Positions 29,307 through 38,932 of a stretch of DNA of 64,000 bases are shown here, piece after piece. Position numbers and translations under genes: made by a program. The notes below the pieces were generated by a model that saw nothing but the letters and a program-made list of their open reading frames with translations, was not told where the DNA came from and did no database searches. Within the stretch, counting starts at the first letter, position 1. Each line of letters opens with the position of its first letter. This DNA is from Candidatus Eiseniibacteriota bacterium (GTDB lineage Bacteria > Eisenbacteria > RBG-16-71-46). The stretch spans positions 32,001-96,000 of the forward strand of contig JBBRLX010000005.1 of the NCBI GenBank assembly GCA_038231135.1. The letters run 5' to 3'.

Positions 29307-30797
29307 ATGGCTGATTCCGCGCCCGTGCCCGGCCCGCCGCGCGCGGGCGGCGCGTTCGTGCGCGACTCGGCGTCGATCGCGATCAGCCAGTACCTCGCGC
29401 GCGCCGTCGTGCTGGTGCGCGGCTGGGTGGCCGCGATCACGCTCGGCCCCGCGGGGTTCGGGGCCTGGACGCTGCTGAACCTGATCCTCGACTACGGCTC
29501 CTATGCGACGTTGGGCGCACTGCAGGGGCTCGACCTCCGGCTGCCGCCGGCGGTCGCGGCCGGCGATGCCCCGCGCGCACGCCGCCTGATGGCCGGAGCC
29601 TGGAGCATCGTGGTGGCGGGGGGCGTGGTGTTCGCGGCGGCGGTGTTCGCAGGTGTGCGCTGGGCGCCGCGGCCGGCCGCCGCTCCCGGCGGGGTGCTCG
29701 TGGCGCTGATGGTGGCCGCGGCGCTGCTGCAGCTCGCGTTCCAGTACTACGCGACGGCGTTGCGCGCGCACGGCCGGTTCCGCGCAGTCGGCACCGGCCA
29801 GGCACTCCAGGCCGTCCTGGGGGCGGGCCTCGGCATCGCGCTGGTGGGGAAGTTCGGCCTGCTCGGCCTCGTCACCGGCTGGATCGCGGGCACGCTCGCC
29901 GCCGTGGTGCACATGGCGCGGGCGTGCCCCGAGGCGCCGCTCGAGCCCGCCGGAGTGCGCGACGGCGCCGCGCTCGCTCGGCTGGGGCTGCCGATCTTCG
30001 CCTACTACGTCGCGTCGCTGGTGCTGCGCTCGGTGGACCGGCTGGCGCTGGCGCGCTACGGCAACGCGCATCAACTCGGCATCTACGGCGTGGCGCTGAT
30101 GGCGTCGGGGCTCGTGCTGTTCGCGCCCGAGGCGGCGGGCTACGTGCTGTTCCCGCGCGTCGCCGCCGCCTACCACGGCAGCGTCGATCGCGCCTTGGTC
30201 CGGGCGCACGTGCTGCGCGTGCAGCGCGCGCTCGCGGTGATGATGCCGCTCGTGGTCGGCATCGCGATCGTGTGGGCGGGCCCCGCGGTCGAGGCGCTGC
30301 TCGAGGGCTACCGGCCGGCGATCCTGCCGCTGCGGTTGCTCGCGGCCGGCGCGCTCGCGCTGTCGGCGGCCACGGTGCCCGCGTACTTCCTGCTCGGCAG
30401 CGGCCGGCAGCTCGTGCTGCTCGCGCTCGGCGGCGTGGCCGCGCTCGTGACCGCGGCGGGGGTGTTCGCGACCGCCTGGCGCGACCCCGCGCCCGCCCAC
30501 GTGGCGCTGGCGGCGAGCGCCGGGTACGCGCTGTTCGCGGTGCTGGTCCTGATGCGCGCCGCGGGCGAGCTCGATCCGGACGCCGGGCGGGTGCGGTTCA
30601 CGCTCGGCAGCCTGCTGCCGGGAGCGTGGGCCGTGCTGGTTGCGTTCGCGATCGTGCGCTGGCTGCCGGGCCACGGTGGCATGTGGGGCTTCGTCGCCAC
30701 CGACCTGTTCGGGCTCGGCTACCTGCCGGTCCTGATCGGCATGGCGCGGGGACTGGGGATGCGGTCGCTGGTGCGGGAGACGCTGGCGGCCCGGTAA
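29307..30797 (+). CDS. Wzx-like oligosaccharide flippase
   Basis: Many TM segments; LGP..FG, VDRL.L, LGIY..A, VLFPR. Confidence 0.8.
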   Translation: MADSAPVPGPPRAGGAFVRDSASIAISQYLARAVVLVRGWVAAITLGPAGFGAWTLLNLILDYGSYATLGALQGLDLRLPPAVAAGDAPRARRLMAGAWSIVVAGGVVFAAAVFAGVRWAPRPAAAPGGVLVALMVAAALLQLAFQYYATALRAHGRFRAVGTGQALQAVLGAGLGIALVGKFGLLGLVTGWIAGTLAAVVHMARACPEAPLEPAGVRDGAALARLGLPIFAYYVASLVLRSVDRLALARYGNAHQLGIYGVALMASGLVLFAPEAAGYVLFPRVAAAYHGSVDRALVRAHVLRVQRALAVMMPLVVGIAIVWAGPAVEALLEGYRPAILPLRLLAAGALALSAATVPAYFLLGSGRQLVLLALGGVAALVTAAGVFATAWRDPAPAHVALAASAGYALFAVLVLMRAAGELDPDAGRVRFTLGSLLPGAWAVLVAFAIVRWLPGHGGMWGFVATDLFGLGYLPVLIGMARGLGMRSLVRETLAAR

Positions 30798-30881
30798 CGG
30801 CCAGACGTGCTAATCTGCGGGCGATTCCGCACCCTCTAGGCGAACCCGCCACACCCCCTCGAGTCTCGAGGCCGCATCGTC

Positions 30882-31880
30882 ATGACGACCTCCACCGCCA
30901 TTCCATTCGACATCGACGACGTGCGCGCCGCAGCGCGGCGTGCGGGCCCGGCGCTGCATCGCACGCCGGTGATGTCGTCGCGATCGCTCGGGGACATGGC
31001 CGGTGTGCGGCTGTGGCTCAAGTGCGAGAACTTTCAGAAGACCGGCTCGTTCAAGCCGCGCGGCGCGCTCAACATCGTGCGCTCGCTGCCGGCGGCCGAC
31101 CGCGAGCGCGGGCTGATCACCGTGTCGGCCGGCAACCACGCGCAGGCCGTGGCGTGGGCCGCCCGGCAGGCGGACGCCGCGTGCACGGTGGTGATGCCGA
31201 CCGGCGCGCCACGGTCGAAGCTCGACGCGGTGCGCGGGTATGGCGCCGAGATCATCCTGCACCACGACCGCGCCACGCTGTTCGACCGGCTCGACGCCGA
31301 GCGCGCCCGCAGCGGCGCCGCGTTCGTCCATCCGTTCGACGATCCCGTGGGCCTCGCCGGAGCCGGAACCCTGGCGCTCGAACTGCTCGAGGACGCACCC
31401 GGGCTGGACGCGATCGTCGTGCCCGTCGGCGGCGGCGGGCTGATGGCGGGGGTGGCGCGCGTCGTGAAGTCGCTCGCGCCGCGCTGTCGCGTGGTGGCGG
31501 TCGAGCTGGCGGACGGGCCGGGACTCGCGCCGGCGCTCGCCGCCGGGAAGCCGGTACCGGTGGCGCGGCCGGCGGGGACGCTCGCGGATGGCATGACGCC
31601 GCCGTTCGTGGGGGCGATCCCACTCGCCGTCGCCCGCGCCTGTGTCGACGACATCGTGACGGTCACCGAGGACGAGATCCGCCACGCCATGCGGCTGCTG
31701 CTCACGCGCGCCAAGCTCTACATCGAGGGCTCGGGTGCCGCCGCCACCGCTGCCGTGCTGTCCGGGCGCGCCGGCGTGCCGCCCGGCGCCCAGGTCGCGG
31801 CGATCGTGTCCGGCGGCAACGTCGACCCCGAGCGGCTGTTCGAGCTGTTCGCACCGGCGTCCGGAGGCGCCGCCTCGTGA
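30882..31880 (+). CDS. PLP-dependent threonine/serine dehydratase
   Basis: LKCENFQKTGSFKPRGA, SAGNHAQ, HPFDD, PVGGGGL, SGGN. Confidence 0.9.
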   Translation: MTTSTAIPFDIDDVRAAARRAGPALHRTPVMSSRSLGDMAGVRLWLKCENFQKTGSFKPRGALNIVRSLPAADRERGLITVSAGNHAQAVAWAARQADAACTVVMPTGAPRSKLDAVRGYGAEIILHHDRATLFDRLDAERARSGAAFVHPFDDPVGLAGAGTLALELLEDAPGLDAIVVPVGGGGLMAGVARVVKSLAPRCRVVAVELADGPGLAPALAAGKPVPVARPAGTLADGMTPPFVGAIPLAVARACVDDIVTVTEDEIRHAMRLLLTRAKLYIEGSGAAATAAVLSGRAGVPPGAQVAAIVSGGNVDPERLFELFAPASGGAAS

Positions 31881-32896
31881 CCGCGACCCGCATCGTCACC
31901 CACGACGACGTGTACCGCCTGCTGCCGATGCCGGAGTGCATCGACGCGATGGACCTGGCACTCCGGAGCCTGTCCAGGGGCGACGCCGTGCTGCCGCTGC
32001 GATCGATGGTGTGGCTGCCCGACCGCACCGCGCTGCTGGGGTTGATGCCGGGCTATCTCGGCGAGCCCCGCAGCTTCGGCCTCAAGGTGGTGAGCATCGT
32101 GCCCGGCAACCACGGCACCGAATTCGATTCGCACCAGGGCGTGGTGATGCTGTTCGGCGTCGAGCACGGCGAGCCGCTGGCGGTGATCGACGCCAGCTCG
32201 ATCACCGCGATTCGCACCGCCGCCGTGAGCGGCGTGGCAACGCGGACGCTCGCGAACCCGAATGCCGGCAATCTCGCGATCCTCGGCAGCGGAGTCCAGG
32301 CGCGGAGCCACCTGGCCGCGATGCTGGCGGTGCGCCCGGTATGGCGGGTGCGGGTATGGAGCCGCAACGCCGAGCATGCGCGCGGGTTCGCCGCGGCCGA
32401 GGCCGCGCGCCACGGCATCGCGGTCGAGGTGACCGGTACCGCGGAGGCCGCGGTGCGCGGCGCGGACCTGATCTGCACCGCCACCGCCGCGCGCGAGCCG
32501 GTGCTGCACGGCGCGTGGCTCGCGCCGGGGGCCCACGTGAATGCCGTGGGCGCGTGCTTCAAGGACGGACGCGAGCTCGATGGCGCCGCCGTCGCCCACG
32601 CGCGGCTCTACGTCGACCGCCGCGAATCGGCGATGGCCGAGGCGGGCGACTTCCTGCTCGCGCGCGCCGAGGGCGCGGTCGGCGACGCGCACATCCTGGG
32701 CGAGCTGGGCGACGTGCTGTTGGGCCAGGTGCCCGGGCGCGCGGGTGCGGACGACATCACGTTGTTCGAGTCGCTCGGCATCGCGATCGAGGACCTGGCC
32801 GCGGCGCACCACATCCTGCGCCGGGCGAACGAGACCGGCACCGGCCTCGCGGTGGAGCTCGGACCGGGCCGCTCCGTTCACACCGCCCAGCCATGA
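31877..32896 (+). CDS. Ornithine cyclodeaminase / mu-crystallin family protein
   Basis: GTGA overlap; MPG, K.VS..PGN, ITAIRTAA.S, GSGVQARSH, G.HVNAVG, EAGD, F.S.G.AIED. Confidence 0.9.
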   Translation: MTATRIVTHDDVYRLLPMPECIDAMDLALRSLSRGDAVLPLRSMVWLPDRTALLGLMPGYLGEPRSFGLKVVSIVPGNHGTEFDSHQGVVMLFGVEHGEPLAVIDASSITAIRTAAVSGVATRTLANPNAGNLAILGSGVQARSHLAAMLAVRPVWRVRVWSRNAEHARGFAAAEAARHGIAVEVTGTAEAAVRGADLICTATAAREPVLHGAWLAPGAHVNAVGACFKDGRELDGAAVAHARLYVDRRESAMAEAGDFLLARAEGAVGDAHILGELGDVLLGQVPGRAGADDITLFESLGIAIEDLAAAHHILRRANETGTGLAVELGPGRSVHTAQP

Positions 32897-33852
32897 CCGC
32901 GCCCGGGATCCCGTCGATCGACGTGATCCGCGCCACGCGCGAGCGCATCGCCGGCGCCGTGCTGCGTACGCCGCTCGTGCGCCTGGACTCGGACCGCGAC
33001 GCCGAGATCTGGCTCAAGCTCGAAATGCTGCAGCCGATCGGTTCGTTCAAGCTGCGCGGCGCGACGAACGCGCTCGCCACGGCGCCCGCAGACGCGCTCG
33101 CCCGCGGCGTGTGGACGGCGAGCGCCGGCAACATGGCCCAGGGCGTCGCGTGGCAGGCGCGGCGACTCGGCGTGCCGTGCACGGTCGTGGCACCCGACCA
33201 CGCGCCCCGGATCAAGCTCGCGGCGATCGAGCGGCTCGGCGCGCGGGTGGTCACCGTGCCGTTCGCCGACTGGTGGCGAGCGCTGACCGAGCACGCGCAT
33301 CCGGGCATGGACGGCTGGTTCATCCATCCGGTGAGCGACCCGGCGGTGATCGCCGGCAACGCCACGATCGGGCTCGAGATCGCGGAGGAGCTCGCGGAGT
33401 TCGACACGGTGCTCGTGCCCTATGGCGGCGGCGGCCTGAGCTGCGGCATCGCGGCCGCGCTGCGCGCGGTGCGACCCCGGGCGCGCGTACTGGCGTGCGA
33501 GGTCGAGACCGCGGCGCCGCTCGCGTCCGCGCTCGCGGCCGGGGCGCCCGTGGCGATCGATTACACGCCGAGCTTCGTCGACGGCATCGGCGGCCGTGGT
33601 GTGCTCGCCGAGATGTGGCCGCTCGCCCGCGAGCTGCTCGCCGGCTCGATCGTCGTGTCGCTCGCCCAGATTGCCGATGCGATCCGGCTGCTGGTCGAGC
33701 GCCAGCGCGTGGTCGCCGAAGGCGCGGGCGCCGCGTCGCTCGCCGCGGCGCTCGGCGGCACCGCACCCGGCCGCCGCATCGTGTGCGTGATCTCGGGCGG
33801 CAACCTCGACCCCGGAGTGCTTGCGAAGCTGCTGCAGGGCGTGATGCCCTGA
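32893..33852 (+). CDS. Second PLP-dependent threonine/serine dehydratase-like enzyme
   Basis: LKLEMLQPIGSFKLRGA, SAGNMAQG, PYGGGGL, AEGAGA, SGGN. Confidence 0.88.
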   Translation: MTAPGIPSIDVIRATRERIAGAVLRTPLVRLDSDRDAEIWLKLEMLQPIGSFKLRGATNALATAPADALARGVWTASAGNMAQGVAWQARRLGVPCTVVAPDHAPRIKLAAIERLGARVVTVPFADWWRALTEHAHPGMDGWFIHPVSDPAVIAGNATIGLEIAEELAEFDTVLVPYGGGGLSCGIAAALRAVRPRARVLACEVETAAPLASALAAGAPVAIDYTPSFVDGIGGRGVLAEMWPLARELLAGSIVVSLAQIADAIRLLVERQRVVAEGAGAASLAAALGGTAPGRRIVCVISGGNLDPGVLAKLLQGVMP

Positions 33853-33972
33853 CGGAACGCCGCGCCGCAGGTCACTGGAGGCCTGCAAGCCCGTAGAGTC
33901 TGGTGACGGGCGCGGAACGCCCCAGCCTGCTCGTCGTCGCCGAGGCGACACGACCTCCACCGGAGAGTGCCC

Positions 33973-34647
33973 ATGGCCTACAAGCCCAAGCCCCACCTGC
34001 AATGCGACATGCCCGCCCGTCACCCGCTGCGGGTTCTGGTGCTCAATGGCTCGCTCAAGCACGAGCCCGATGTATCGAACACCGACGAACTCGCGCACGA
34101 GGTGGTGCAGAACATGGGATCGAGCTGCAGCGTGCACAGCGAATTCATTCGGATCGCCGATCGGAGCCTGCCGGTCGGGCTGGGATTCCGGGAGGGCGAC
34201 GCTGACGACTGGCCCGAGATCGTCGCCCAGATCAAGGCCGCGGACATCGTGATCTTCGCGACTCCGGTGTGGTGGGGGGGGCGTTCGAGCCTGATGCAAC
34301 GGGTGATCGAGCGCTTCGACGCGCTCGACGAGGAATACCACGCCTCGGGTCGCAGCGCCCTCTACAACAAGGTCGCGGGCATCGTGGTCACGGGCAGTGA
34401 GGATGGTGCGCTCGCCACGATGGGCTCGATCATGATGGTGCTGACGTGGATGGGGTTCACGCTACCCCCCGAGTGCGCCGCCTACTGGGTCGGCGAGGTG
34501 GGGTTCCCGCCGGCCGGTGACCGCGCCAAGCGGCTGGGCAATGCGGCCACTGCGAACATGGCGCGCAATCTGGCCCGCAATCTCGTTTACTACGCCCAAT
34601 TGCTCAAGGAGCGCCCGCTCGAGACGAAACCGGCCGTCACGACGTAA
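33973..34647 (+). CDS. Flavodoxin-like NADPH-dependent FMN reductase family protein
   Basis: LNGSLK...SNT, ADIVIFATPVWWG, LYNKVAG..VTG.EDG, YWVGE. Confidence 0.8.
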   Translation: MAYKPKPHLQCDMPARHPLRVLVLNGSLKHEPDVSNTDELAHEVVQNMGSSCSVHSEFIRIADRSLPVGLGFREGDADDWPEIVAQIKAADIVIFATPVWWGGRSSLMQRVIERFDALDEEYHASGRSALYNKVAGIVVTGSEDGALATMGSIMMVLTWMGFTLPPECAAYWVGEVGFPPAGDRAKRLGNAATANMARNLARNLVYYAQLLKERPLETKPAVTT

Positions 34648-34656
34648 CGCAACCGG

Positions 34657-35331
34657 CTACACCGCCCCGAACCGTTTCCGCACCAGGAACGCCAGGTTGT
34701 GGAAGCCGTCGCGCCACTTCTGGAGCTTCACTTCGCCCACGCGTTCGCCGTAGGGAATGTGCGACTCGCCGAACGGTACCCGCAGCCGCAGGGCCTCGAG
34801 CTTGATCTCCTCGCTGAACGCCATGCCGTCCGAGGTCAGCTTCATGCGGGGCAGCAGCGTGCGGCGGAACACCCACATGCCCGACTGGCTGTCGATCAGC
34901 GTACGGAAGAACAGCAGCCGGGTCCCGATCGTGAGCACGCTGTTGCCGAACTGGTTCATGACGCCCATTGCCGCGGGATTCGCGAGCGGAAACCGGCACG
35001 CCGACAGGAATTCCCAGTCCCGATCCACGAGCTCGCCCACCAGCCGCGGAATCTCCTCGGGCGGGTACGAGGCGTCGCCGTCGAGCGTCACCAGCACGTC
35101 GCCGGTCGCGCGCGGCAGCCCCGTCTTGTAGGCCGCGCCATACCCGCGCACCGGGGCCGGCACCACGATGGCCCCCAGGCCGGCCGCCACCCGGGCTGAG
35201 GCGTCCGTGCTGCCGTTGTCCGCGACCACCACCTCGTCGACCCCCGCGGGCATGCGGCCGAGCACCTCCCGAATGCCGTGTTCCTCGTTGAAGCACGGGA
35301 TCACCACACTGACGGTGTGATTGCGGATCAT
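34657..35331 (-). CDS. GT2 glycosyltransferase
   Basis: VVIPCFNEE, DNGSTD, RGYG.A, DGD.SY, DSQSGM, R.GEVKL...DG. Confidence 0.9.
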   Translation of the reverse strand: MIRNHTVSVVIPCFNEEHGIREVLGRMPAGVDEVVVADNGSTDASARVAAGLGAIVVPAPVRGYGAAYKTGLPRATGDVLVTLDGDASYPPEEIPRLVGELVDRDWEFLSACRFPLANPAAMGVMNQFGNSVLTIGTRLLFFRTLIDSQSGMWVFRRTLLPRMKLTSDGMAFSEEIKLEALRLRVPFGESHIPYGERVGEVKLQKWRDGFHNLAFLVRKRFGAV

Positions 35332-35599
35332 GCGGGGGAGTCTCGGAGTGGCGGCCGGAGGATCGTGGACGCGCACACTCTACCAAATCGCGATCGAGCG
35401 CCGTCACCGCGCGTCGACGCCACACGCACCGCCGAACGCCCGCACGCGCGCCGAGTCCGCACACCGTCGCGATCATGATGTTGAAAAATCGCACGCGAAG
35501 GTGCTCAAACCGTATCGATCCGGCGAGGGCTATGGTAATTTGACGTCCGCAAGGTGCGCCCATGTGGCGCATGATGTCCCCCACTCAAGCGCCGGTGCG

Positions 35600-36757
35600 A
35601 TGTCCATGGAAGAACATCCCGTCCGCCTCGTCCTCGTCGATCTGTCGCGCACCGCCGGCGTCGCCCAGCGCTCGCTGTGGGAGCTCGCGACGCGCCTGCC
35701 GCGCGAACACTACTCGGTGCGTGTGTGGCTGTCGGCGGATCCCGCCGCGGAGGGCCTCGCCGAGGCGCTCGAATCGGCCGGGTTCGGAGTCGAGCGCTTC
35801 GACGATCCGGGCCGGCGCTGGGACCTCAAGACCCCGTTCCACCTGTGGCTAAGGCTCCGCCGCGAGCGCCCGCAACTGGTCCACGTGCAGCACACCGAGC
35901 CCGCGTCGCTGCGCATCGCGCGGGCCGCAGAGTCCGACGGCGTGCCGGTCGTGATCACGCAGCACGCCACTGCGCCGGTCACACCCGAAACGGCCCGCGT
36001 CTACCAGAAAGCCGACGTGGTTGTGTCGGTCGTGCGGTCCGGCATCGAGACGCTGGTCACCGAGGCCGGCGTCGGGCGCGAGCGGGTGCGGTGGATTCCC
36101 TACGGCACCAACCCGGCCGACGAGTCGGAGCGCGGCCCCGCGCGGGCCTGCCGGGAGTACCTCGGCGCCCGTCCGCTCAAGCCGCTGTGGGTGTGCCCGC
36201 TGTGGCTCGAACGGCGGCGCGGCCACGAGGTGCTGCTCGAAGCGCTCGCCGAGGTGCGCCGCCGCGACCTCGATTTCACCGCCGCGTTCGGCGCCGACGG
36301 CCCCATGCGCACCGAGCTCGAGCGCCGCGCCGCCCAGCTCGGGATCGGCGACAACATGCGGTTCCTCGAGGTTGGCGAGCACCTGGGCACGCTGCTGTCG
36401 GCGGCGGACGCCGTGGTGTTCCCGATGATCGACGGCCCGCTGCCGCTCACGCTGCTCGACGCCATGGCGCGCGCGAAGCCCGTGGTCGCGAGCGCGATCC
36501 CGCCGGTGGCGGACGTGATCGAGGACGGGGTCGACGGCCGGCTGGTCCCGGCCGGAGCACCGCTCGAGCTTGCGGACGTGCTGGCGTCGTTCCATCACCG
36601 GCCCGACGCCGCGATTCGCATGGGGCGGCAGGCCGAGGCCCGGATGCGCGAGGTATTCGCGTGGGATCGTGTCGTCGACGCCTACGAGACGGCGTACGAC
36701 GAAGTGCTCGGGCTCGCGAGCTTCACGCCGGGCACGAGCGCGAGCTCCCGGGACTGA
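35600..36757 (+). CDS. GT4 (GT-B) glycosyltransferase-like protein with degenerate motifs
   Basis: LL.AMA..KPVVAS, VIEDGVDG.LVP, F.W...V..Y...Y; donor-binding motifs altered. Confidence 0.7.
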   Translation: MSMEEHPVRLVLVDLSRTAGVAQRSLWELATRLPREHYSVRVWLSADPAAEGLAEALESAGFGVERFDDPGRRWDLKTPFHLWLRLRRERPQLVHVQHTEPASLRIARAAESDGVPVVITQHATAPVTPETARVYQKADVVVSVVRSGIETLVTEAGVGRERVRWIPYGTNPADESERGPARACREYLGARPLKPLWVCPLWLERRRGHEVLLEALAEVRRRDLDFTAAFGADGPMRTELERRAAQLGIGDNMRFLEVGEHLGTLLSAADAVVFPMIDGPLPLTLLDAMARAKPVVASAIPPVADVIEDGVDGRLVPAGAPLELADVLASFHHRPDAAIRMGRQAEARMREVFAWDRVVDAYETAYDEVLGLASFTPGTSASSRD

Positions 36758-36817
36758 CCGCGTTGGCGCCGCACCCGGCGCTATGCTAGTGCTCCCGATT
36801 CACTCCCGAGGACTTCG

Positions 36818-37876
36818 ATGCCCCAGCGCAACGTACTGGTGCTCGCCGGCGGTCGCGGTGAGCGCTTCTGGCCATGGAGCACCGATGCGCGCCCCAAGCA
36901 GCTGCTGCCGCTCGCGAGCGGCGGGCGCACGCTGCTGGCGGCCACGCTCGAGCGCGCGCTGCGGCTCGCGGCTCCCGATCGCGTGCTGGTGCTGACGTCC
37001 TCGGCGCTGGCGGAGGCCGTGCGCCGCGATTGCGCGCCGTTCGGCGTCCAGGTCGCCGGCGAGCCCATGATGAGGAACACCGCGCCCGCGATCGGCGCGG
37101 CGGCCGAGTGGTTCGCCGCCGCGGGAGGCGACCCGGCGTTCGCCGTGCTGCCGGCCGACCACGCGATCGAGGACCTCGACCGGTTCACCGCCGACATGGA
37201 GCGCGCGTTCGGGGTGGCCGAGCGGGAGCCGGTGCTGGTGACGTTCGGCGTGCGCCCCACCAGTCCCGAGACCGGCTACGGTTACATCGAGGGCGGCGAC
37301 CGGCTCGGCGACCGGCTGTTCCGCGTGGCGCGGTTCACCGAGAAGCCCGATCGCGCGACCGCCGAGGCGTGGCTCGCGGACGGCCGTCACCTGTGGAACA
37401 GCGGCATGTTCGTGTGGCGGAGCTCGGTGTTCCTGGGCGCGCTCCAGGCGTCGCGGCCGGCGCTCGCGAAGCCGCTCGCCGCACTCCGCGCGGGCGGGGA
37501 CATGGCGGCGTTCGAGCGCGGGCTCGCCGCGGTGTTCCCCGCGCTGGAATCGATCTCGGTCGACTACGCCGTGCTCGAGCATGCGCCCAACACGCTCACG
37601 ATCGAGGCGTCGTTCGACTGGGACGACCTGGGCTCGTGGGCCGCGTGGGCCGGCCATCAGCCGCGCGACGGCGACGGCAACGTGACGTTCGGCCGCGCGA
37701 TCGCGATCGACTGCCGCAACTGCATCGTGGTGGGCGAGGGCGGGGTCGCGGCCGCGCTGGGCCTGAGCGACATGGTGGTGGTGCATGTGAACGGCGCGAC
37801 GCTGGCGTGCCGCGTGGACGACAGCGAGCGGGTGCGGCTCGCGAGCGCCGCCGCGCGCGCGGGGAGCGCGGCGTGA
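36818..37876 (+). CDS. manC: Mannose-1-phosphate guanylyltransferase
   Basis: LAGG.G.RFWP.S....PKQLL, EP..RNTAPA, PADH, PETGYGYI, FTEKP, WNSGMF, SVDYAVLE, WDDLGSW. Confidence 0.92.
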   Translation: MPQRNVLVLAGGRGERFWPWSTDARPKQLLPLASGGRTLLAATLERALRLAAPDRVLVLTSSALAEAVRRDCAPFGVQVAGEPMMRNTAPAIGAAAEWFAAAGGDPAFAVLPADHAIEDLDRFTADMERAFGVAEREPVLVTFGVRPTSPETGYGYIEGGDRLGDRLFRVARFTEKPDRATAEAWLADGRHLWNSGMFVWRSSVFLGALQASRPALAKPLAALRAGGDMAAFERGLAAVFPALESISVDYAVLEHAPNTLTIEASFDWDDLGSWAAWAGHQPRDGDGNVTFGRAIAIDCRNCIVVGEGGVAAALGLSDMVVVHVNGATLACRVDDSERVRLASAAARAGSAA

Positions 37877-38922
37877 CGCCCGACGCGAGGTTGCGCGCGG
37901 GCATCCGGCTCAGGCTCGAAGCCGGCTGGTTCCGGCGCGGCATCGCACTCGCGGCGCTGGCCGCGCTCGGCGGTTGTGGCGTGCCGCCGATCACGACCGT
38001 CGGGCCGCCGCGGCCGGTGACGGCGCGCGACACCACGATCGTACACACGACGCCGCCCCGGCCGCGCGCGGCCGGCTCGCGGTCGCATGCGCCCGCCGAC
38101 AGCCTGCCGTCGGCCGATGCGCTGGCGGTGCTGTCCACGCTGCCCGAGCCGCTCGCGCCCGGGATGCGCGTGGCGCCGCCCGTTGCGCCGCCCGTCGTCG
38201 CCCCGCCCGTGATCGTCGCGCCGCCGGTCGTAACGACGCCGTCCGATACCGGTGCCACGTCGTCGCGGGGCGCTCCCGGCGCCGCCGCGTCCGACTCCAC
38301 GCGCGCGCCGTCCGACTCCGCGGCCGCGGCCCCGGCCGCCGAGCCCGGCATGACGGCTGACAGCACGATCGCGCCCGCGGATTCCGCGGCGCTCGGCGAC
38401 AGCGCGTCGGTTCCGACCCCGTCTCCCACGCCCATGCTCGGCGAGAATCCGAATCCGCTGCTGCAGGGCGGGCTGCCCGGGGATACGGCGGGTACGGCGC
38501 CGGTCACGCCGGGCGGCGCCGCGTCGAATCCGACGCCCGCGAACATCGCCGCCCCCGGCGGTGACGGCTCGACGACGCCGACCGCCGCAAGCAGTGGCGC
38601 GTCCGCGGCGCCGGCGTGCTGGCGCGTGCAGATCCTGGCCCCGAAGGATCGCGCGACGGCCCAATCGCGGCGCTCGGCGGCCGAATCGCTGCTGCTGACA
38701 CCCATGGTGATCGAGCCGCAGGCGGGACTGTTCAAGATCCGCACGCGCGACTGTTTCGACCACACCGCCGCCGACCTGCTGCGCGATCGCGCCGTGGCGT
38801 CGGGGTTCTCGGGCGCGTTCACGCTGGAGCCGCCGAAGCCCGCCGCACCCGCGAAGCCCGCGGCGCGCAAACCGGCCCATCGCTCGCGGACCCACACCTC
38901 AACGCCGGTCCGGCGGAAGTGA
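37873..38922 (+). CDS. Lipoprotein with Pro/Ala linker and C-terminal SPOR-like domain
   Basis: Lipobox LGGC; WRVQILA..D...A, GLFKIR, A..L......GFSGAF. Confidence 0.6.
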   Translation: MTPDARLRAGIRLRLEAGWFRRGIALAALAALGGCGVPPITTVGPPRPVTARDTTIVHTTPPRPRAAGSRSHAPADSLPSADALAVLSTLPEPLAPGMRVAPPVAPPVVAPPVIVAPPVVTTPSDTGATSSRGAPGAAASDSTRAPSDSAAAAPAAEPGMTADSTIAPADSAALGDSASVPTPSPTPMLGENPNPLLQGGLPGDTAGTAPVTPGGAASNPTPANIAAPGGDGSTTPTAASSGASAAPACWRVQILAPKDRATAQSRRSAAESLLLTPMVIEPQAGLFKIRTRDCFDHTAADLLRDRAVASGFSGAFTLEPPKPAAPAKPAARKPAHRSRTHTSTPVRRK

Positions 38923-38932
38923 TCGGAATGCC

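Noticed and set aside
29924..33852. 990-aa and 705-aa ORFs as fusion proteins
   Set aside because: N-terminal extensions overlap real genes in other frames; true starts are the coupled GTG 31877 and ATG 32893
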